Origin: Planctomycetota bacterium
GTDB lineage: Bacteria; Planctomycetota; B15-G4
DNA length: 64,000 nt
Reading direction: 5' to 3'
NCBI GenBank assembly: GCA_029259695.1
Contig: JAJDEQ010000102.1
Span: 174,162 to 238,161 of the forward strand
Below the pieces are notes generated by a model. That model did no database searches. It was not told where the DNA came from and worked only from the letters and a program-made list of their open reading frames with translations. This document shows, in pieces, positions 58,076-64,000 of the stretch. Made by a program: the position numbers and the translations under genes. How positions within the stretch are numbered: the first letter of the stretch is position 1; every line of letters begins with the position of its first letter.

Positions 58076-58321
58076 CGGCGTCGGAACCGGGCCGGGTGCC
58101 GCGCGCGCTCGTGAGCGGGTGGACGCGCCCCGGAGATTGTTGGCACAAACTCGCTCAGCGGCCCATTCTCCACGAGTGACTTTCTGCATATGTTTAGGCT
58201 CTTGGTCGCCTCCCGACGATCGACCATTCGGAGACTGCAGTGAACGGCGCGCCCGCCTTGTGCTCGCAGCTTCCGCCTCGTCCCCGCCTCTCCTTCCACG
58301 CCGGCCCGCAGGACGCATCCG

Positions 58322-59608
58322 ATGACTGTCACTGACGCGACCAATCCCGTCGCCACCGACGTCCCCGAGCACAACCCCTTCGAGTCGATGCTGAAGCGGT
58401 TCGACGTCGCTGCGGAGATCCTCGGTCTCGACGACGGGCTGTACGAGATCCTCAAGACGCCCGAGAAGGAACTCAAGGTCGCCATCCCGATCCGGATGGA
58501 CGACGGCTCGTCCAAGGTGTTCGCCGGTTGGCGCGTGCAGCACAACTCGTGCATGGGGCCGTGCAAGGGAGGCATCCGTTACAGCCCGCACGTCGACGTG
58601 GACGAAGTGCGCGCGCTCGCAGCATGGATGACCTGGAAGTGCGCCATCGTGCAGGTGCCCTTCGGCGGAGCGAAGGGCGGAGTGCGCTGTTCGCCGCGCG
58701 ACCTCTCGCTGGGCGAGATCGAACGCATCACGCGACGCTACACGGCCGAGATCAGCGACATCATCGGCCCTGATCGCGACGTCCCCGCGCCGGACATGTA
58801 CACCAACGAACAGGTCATGGCGTGGATCATGGACACGTACTCCATGCACCAGCGGCACACCGTGACGAGCGTCGTCACCGGCAAGCCCTGGGGACTCGGC
58901 GGCAGCCAGGGGCGCAAGGAGGCCACCGGCCGCGGTCTGCTCACCTGCGTGCGCGAGGCCGCCAAGGTGAAGAAGCTCGACCTCGCTGGTGCCACGGTGG
59001 TGGTGCAGGGTGCGGGGAACGTGGGCGGCACGATCGCACGCCTGCTCCACGAGGTGGGCGTGAAGGTGAAAGCCATCTCGGACATCGACGGGACGCTGAT
59101 CCACGAGGGTGGGCTCGACATCCCCAAGGTGCTGAAGCACGTCGAGCGCAACAAGACGCTCGCCGGCTACAAGGAGGGTGACTACAACTCCGGCGAGGAC
59201 CTGCTCTCGATGGAGTGCGACATCCTCATTCCGTCGGCGACCGAGAACCAGATCACGCGGGCCAACGCCGAGCGGCTGCGCTGCCAGATCATCGTCGAGG
59301 GCGCCAACGGCCCCACGACGGCAGGCGCCGACCCGATCCTCGACAGCAAGGACATCTTCGTCGTGCCCGACATCCTGGCCAACGCCGGTGGGGTGGTCGT
59401 GAGCTACTTCGAGTGGTGCCAGGACCGCATGGGCTACTTCTGGGACAAGCGGGACGTGAACGTCCGGCTGGCCAAGGTCATGCAGAAGGCCTTCAAGAAC
59501 GTCCTGCGACGCACGAAGACCTACAAGGTCAACATGCGCGTGGCGGCCTACATGGAAGGCATCGACCGCGTCGGGTACCACACCAAGATGCGCGGCCTGT
59601 ACCCGTAG
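58322..59608 (+). CDS. gdhA: Glutamate dehydrogenase (Glu/Leu/Phe/Val dehydrogenase family)
   Basis: Active-site region KGGIRYSPHVDVDEVRALAAWMTWKCAIVQVPFGGAKGG and NAD(P)-binding motif VVVQGAGNVG. Confidence 0.95.
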   Translation: MTVTDATNPVATDVPEHNPFESMLKRFDVAAEILGLDDGLYEILKTPEKELKVAIPIRMDDGSSKVFAGWRVQHNSCMGPCKGGIRYSPHVDVDEVRALAAWMTWKCAIVQVPFGGAKGGVRCSPRDLSLGEIERITRRYTAEISDIIGPDRDVPAPDMYTNEQVMAWIMDTYSMHQRHTVTSVVTGKPWGLGGSQGRKEATGRGLLTCVREAAKVKKLDLAGATVVVQGAGNVGGTIARLLHEVGVKVKAISDIDGTLIHEGGLDIPKVLKHVERNKTLAGYKEGDYNSGEDLLSMECDILIPSATENQITRANAERLRCQIIVEGANGPTTAGADPILDSKDIFVVPDILANAGGVVVSYFEWCQDRMGYFWDKRDVNVRLAKVMQKAFKNVLRRTKTYKVNMRVAAYMEGIDRVGYHTKMRGLYP

Positions 59609-59935
59609 AGCGCGCTCGCGCGCGATCGCCGACGGTGGCGCGGCCCGCTCGTGGCGACCAGTACTCGCCCAGCGGGGTGAATGACCCGCCTGCCGAGCGG
59701 GCGCTTGCTCGGCGTCGTAGGGCCCCCGGAGGGACTGGCTGGGTCGGCGGGGGTGCTCAGGCGAAGCTGCTCCCTGGCCCCAGGGCCGATGAGACGACTT
59801 CGGTCCGGGCTTCAGCGCCACCGCCCCATGGGTTAATCTGCGGGGTCGGTTCAGGGGCGTCAAATGCGCTGCCTCCGTACCGCGGCCCCCCCGGGATCCC
59901 TGGGGAGGCCCCACCCCTTGGTCGGGACGTCTCCC

Positions 59936-61741
<1,806 letters not shown>

Positions 61742-61748
61742 CCCCGAG

Positions 61749-63080
61749 CTAGCGGTCGCCGGCGTCCCCGCTCGAGACGCTCACGCCCTCGTCGCGCCAG
61801 CGTTGGCGGCGCGCTTCGAGGTCGGGCTCGGTCGCCTTGAGTCGCTTCTCGAGCTTGGGTTCGAGCTGGAAGCCGCGCTCGTAGAGCAGGTAGGGCATGT
61901 GCGTCTTGATGCACACCGAGCAGGTGAACTTCTTGTTCATCTCCTCGCGCGGCACCTGGAAGTTCGCCATGCGGCGCAGGTAGCGGTACGTGTCGCCGTT
62001 CCAGAAGGCCTCGAACTCTTCCTTGGTCTGGCCGGTGAAGTGGCCCAGGTCATGGCCCGGCTCGGTCGTACCGTCGCAGCAGGGCAGGATGCCGCCGTCC
62101 CAGTTGATGAACATGCTGCGGTAGAGCCAGGTGCACGACTGGACGTCGGCCTTGGGGGCCTGCCCACGATCGGCGGAGCGTTCGCCAGCAGGGTCGCGGT
62201 CGCCGCGCGCCGCAGCCTGATCGGATTCCTTGATGCGCACGCCCGGGCTGGCGAGCACCTTGCCCTCGCCCTTGTTGGCGTTGTGGTCGCCGACTTCGTC
62301 GTCGCGCAGCGGGCGCCACTCTTCCTTGTGCTCGGGCGGGATGTTGGGGTTGATGAAGCGGATCGCGTTGACGCCGATGTCCTTGGCCATCCGGCGCGCC
62401 TTGGGGATCTCGTGCTGGTTGTGGCGGAAGCGCAGGAACTGCCAGTCCACGAAGGGGCGACGGCTGCCGAGCTTCTTCTTGGCGTCGACGATCGCCTTCA
62501 TGTTCTCGATCGTGCGCCAGAAGTCGCCGCCGATGTTGTACTTGTCGTATGTCTCGGGGCTGGCGCCGTGGCAGCTCACGATCAGGTGCTCGAGTCCGGA
62601 CTGGACGAGCTTCTCGGCGTTCTCCTTCTTGAAGGCCGAGAGGTTGCAGCTGATCGTCACGCCGATGTTGCGATCCGCGGCGTAGCGGATCATCTCGTAC
62701 ACCTCGGGGTAGAGCACCGGCTCGCCCGATCCGTACATGTTGAGGCGCAGCGTGGTGGGTGCCAGCAGGTCGATGGCCTGCTCGAAGCACTCGGTGTGCA
62801 TGCGGCCGAAGCCCCGGCCGTCCTCGTCGATCTTGCTGCGGTCGCGATCGAGGCAGAACGGACACCGCTGGTTGCAGATGTTCGTGGACTCGATCTTGAG
62901 GACGTAGGGGAAGCCGCCCACGACATCCTTGGCGCGCCAACGCGCCCATTCGACCCGGGTCAGGTTCACGAACTTGCGCGGCGTCATGTGACGCACCGCG
63001 GAGTAGGCGTACCTGCTCAGGATCTTGAGGTTGGTGAGCGTGGGGCCGGTTGTGGCGAGGACAAAGTTGAGGACCTTCAT
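61749..63080 (-). CDS. Radical SAM/SPASM-type domain protein
   Basis: CxxxCxxC motif in STNICNQRCPFC. C-terminal Cys-rich region CTWLYRSMFINWDGGILPCCDG ... CSVCIKTH. AGGA RBS upstream of the ATG at 63080. Confidence 0.85.
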   Translation of the reverse strand: MKVLNFVLATTGPTLTNLKILSRYAYSAVRHMTPRKFVNLTRVEWARWRAKDVVGGFPYVLKIESTNICNQRCPFCLDRDRSKIDEDGRGFGRMHTECFEQAIDLLAPTTLRLNMYGSGEPVLYPEVYEMIRYAADRNIGVTISCNLSAFKKENAEKLVQSGLEHLIVSCHGASPETYDKYNIGGDFWRTIENMKAIVDAKKKLGSRRPFVDWQFLRFRHNQHEIPKARRMAKDIGVNAIRFINPNIPPEHKEEWRPLRDDEVGDHNANKGEGKVLASPGVRIKESDQAAARGDRDPAGERSADRGQAPKADVQSCTWLYRSMFINWDGGILPCCDGTTEPGHDLGHFTGQTKEEFEAFWNGDTYRYLRRMANFQVPREEMNKKFTCSVCIKTHMPYLLYERGFQLEPKLEKRLKATEPDLEARRQRWRDEGVSVSSGDAGDR

Positions 63081-63210
63081 ATTCAGCCAATCCTATCCCA
63101 GGGGCGGGAAAGCAGCAAAGGCTGCCAAGGGCCCGTCTCGCTCGACGCCGGTGTCTCTCAGTCGTCTTCGGCTTTGGGTGCGCCGTTCGTGAGGTGCGCC
63201 CCGATCGCGG

Positions 63211-64000
63211 CTAGGGGGTTGCAGCCGCGGAAAGGGCGAGGACTGCGTAGGCGGTGCAAAGGGACGGCGAGCGTTCCCACCAGCGTGAGGCCCGGTCGTT
63301 GATCCACGACCCTGTCGTCCGCTGATCGAGCCGCAGGTACTGCTCGAGGTCGGCGCGCCACGGGATGGGCTGGCCGTCGGCGTCGACGAAGTGCTCGGTG
63401 GGCACGGCCGCCAGGGTGCGGGCCATGGCCATGTAGTAGTAGTACAGGCCCTGGGCCGAGTCGGCGGCATCGGCGAAGCCTGGGTTGTGTTGCAACGTGT
63501 AGTTGGCGCCGAGCCAGCGCAACGCGGCCTGCATGCGGCCATCATCGAAGCCGAGGCCGCAGAGCAGGTAGGAACGTGTGAGCGCGTAGGTCATCGAGCC
63601 GTACGAGCGGGCGACGTAGACGCCGTCGGAGACGTTCTGCTCACCCGCCGGGCTCGAGCCGGGCATGTAGGTGGCGCCGCCGTCGACCCCGGTGACGGTC
63701 ACGCCACCCTTGGCCCGGGGCCACTCGGCACGGGTGGACTCGGCGTCGTTCTGGTTGCGGACCAGGAACTCCATGGCCTTGGAGTAGAAGGCGTCGCTCG
63801 ACGGCGTGCCCGCTCGGTGGGCGGCTTCGATGGCGAAGTAGGTGTTGGACAGGTCCGGGCGGTTGTCGCCGCCGTAGCCGATGCCCCCGTAGTGGGGGTC
63901 GGACTCGGGGGAGTAGCCTTCGCCCTCGTCGGCCTGGGCCAGGAGCAGGAACTCGCGCGCCCGTTCGATGGCTTCGGCGTCGGCCGGGCGCCCGCCGTCC
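63211..64000 (-). CDS. Prenyltransferase/squalene-oxidase repeat (terpenoid-cyclase-like alpha/alpha toroid) protein, 5' end outside the window
   Basis: The frame stays open beyond the track ATG (63774) to the window edge. Hand translation gives ...YGGIGYGGDNRPDLSNTYFAIEAAHRAG..., with later GLYYYYMAMARTLA and SLCTAYAVLALS, typical of this repeat family. Confidence 0.8.
   Translation of the reverse strand, partial: DGGRPADAEAIERAREFLLLAQADEGEGYSPESDPHYGGIGYGGDNRPDLSNTYFAIEAAHRAGTPSSDAFYSKAMEFLVRNQNDAESTRAEWPRAKGGVTVTGVDGGATYMPGSSPAGEQNVSDGVYVARSYGSMTYALTRSYLLCGLGFDDGRMQAALRWLGANYTLQHNPGFADAADSAQGLYYYYMAMARTLAAVPTEHFVDADGQPIPWRADLEQYLRLDQRTTGSWINDRASRWWERSPSLCTAYAVLALSAAATP

Noticed and set aside
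58141-58155. Sigma-54-like TGGCAC-N5 element upstream of gdhA
   Set aside because: The downstream block reads CGCT, so the GC dinucleotide is one position off the canonical TGGCAC-N5-TTGC spacing. The site is about 175 nt from the start codon. That is too weak to call.

Overview
This is a very GC-rich stretch (about 70% by eye, not computed) that looks chromosomal. The host is probably a diderm bacterium, given lpxK, a GT39/ArnT-like enzyme and many lipobox lipoproteins. I cannot assign a phylum from the sequence alone. I support 36 protein-coding genes, and all start codons were refined by hand.

Housekeeping and metabolic genes include gdhA, typA, lpxK, a ParA-like ATPase, an Nramp transporter, an ABC exporter pair, an FMN reductase, a Kv-type K+ channel and three radical-SAM enzymes. 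They are mixed with many secreted, envelope or adhesin-like proteins: a YVTN beta-propeller, an FG-GAP/VCBS protein, a parallel beta-helix protein, an IPT/TIG protein, a patatin-like lipoprotein, a transglutaminase-like lipoprotein, a YfhO-like protein and a sulfatase-like protein. I found no rRNA, tRNA, CRISPR array, transposase, integrase or reverse transcriptase.

Most very long ORFs in the supplied track are antisense shadow ORFs that sit in exact codon register with a real gene on the other strand.

The candidates most worth a second look are:
1. Left-edge module (2-5475). The tail of a large unrecognised protein is followed by two overlapping tandem paralogues with Ig-like modules and collagen-like, polyglycine-rich tails.
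2. A 2087-aa secreted protein of unknown family in the centre of the window (32647-38910), with a convergent 829-aa lipoprotein.
3. A roughly 120-aa C-terminal domain shared by two otherwise unrelated beta-propeller proteins, which may be a sorting or anchor tag.
4. A membrane protein and FRG-domain protein pair, translationally coupled by a GTGA overlap.
5. Three intergenic tandem or direct repeat arrays and several perfect palindromes.

None of these can be called a defined new system from sequence reading alone. Homology and structure searches are needed.
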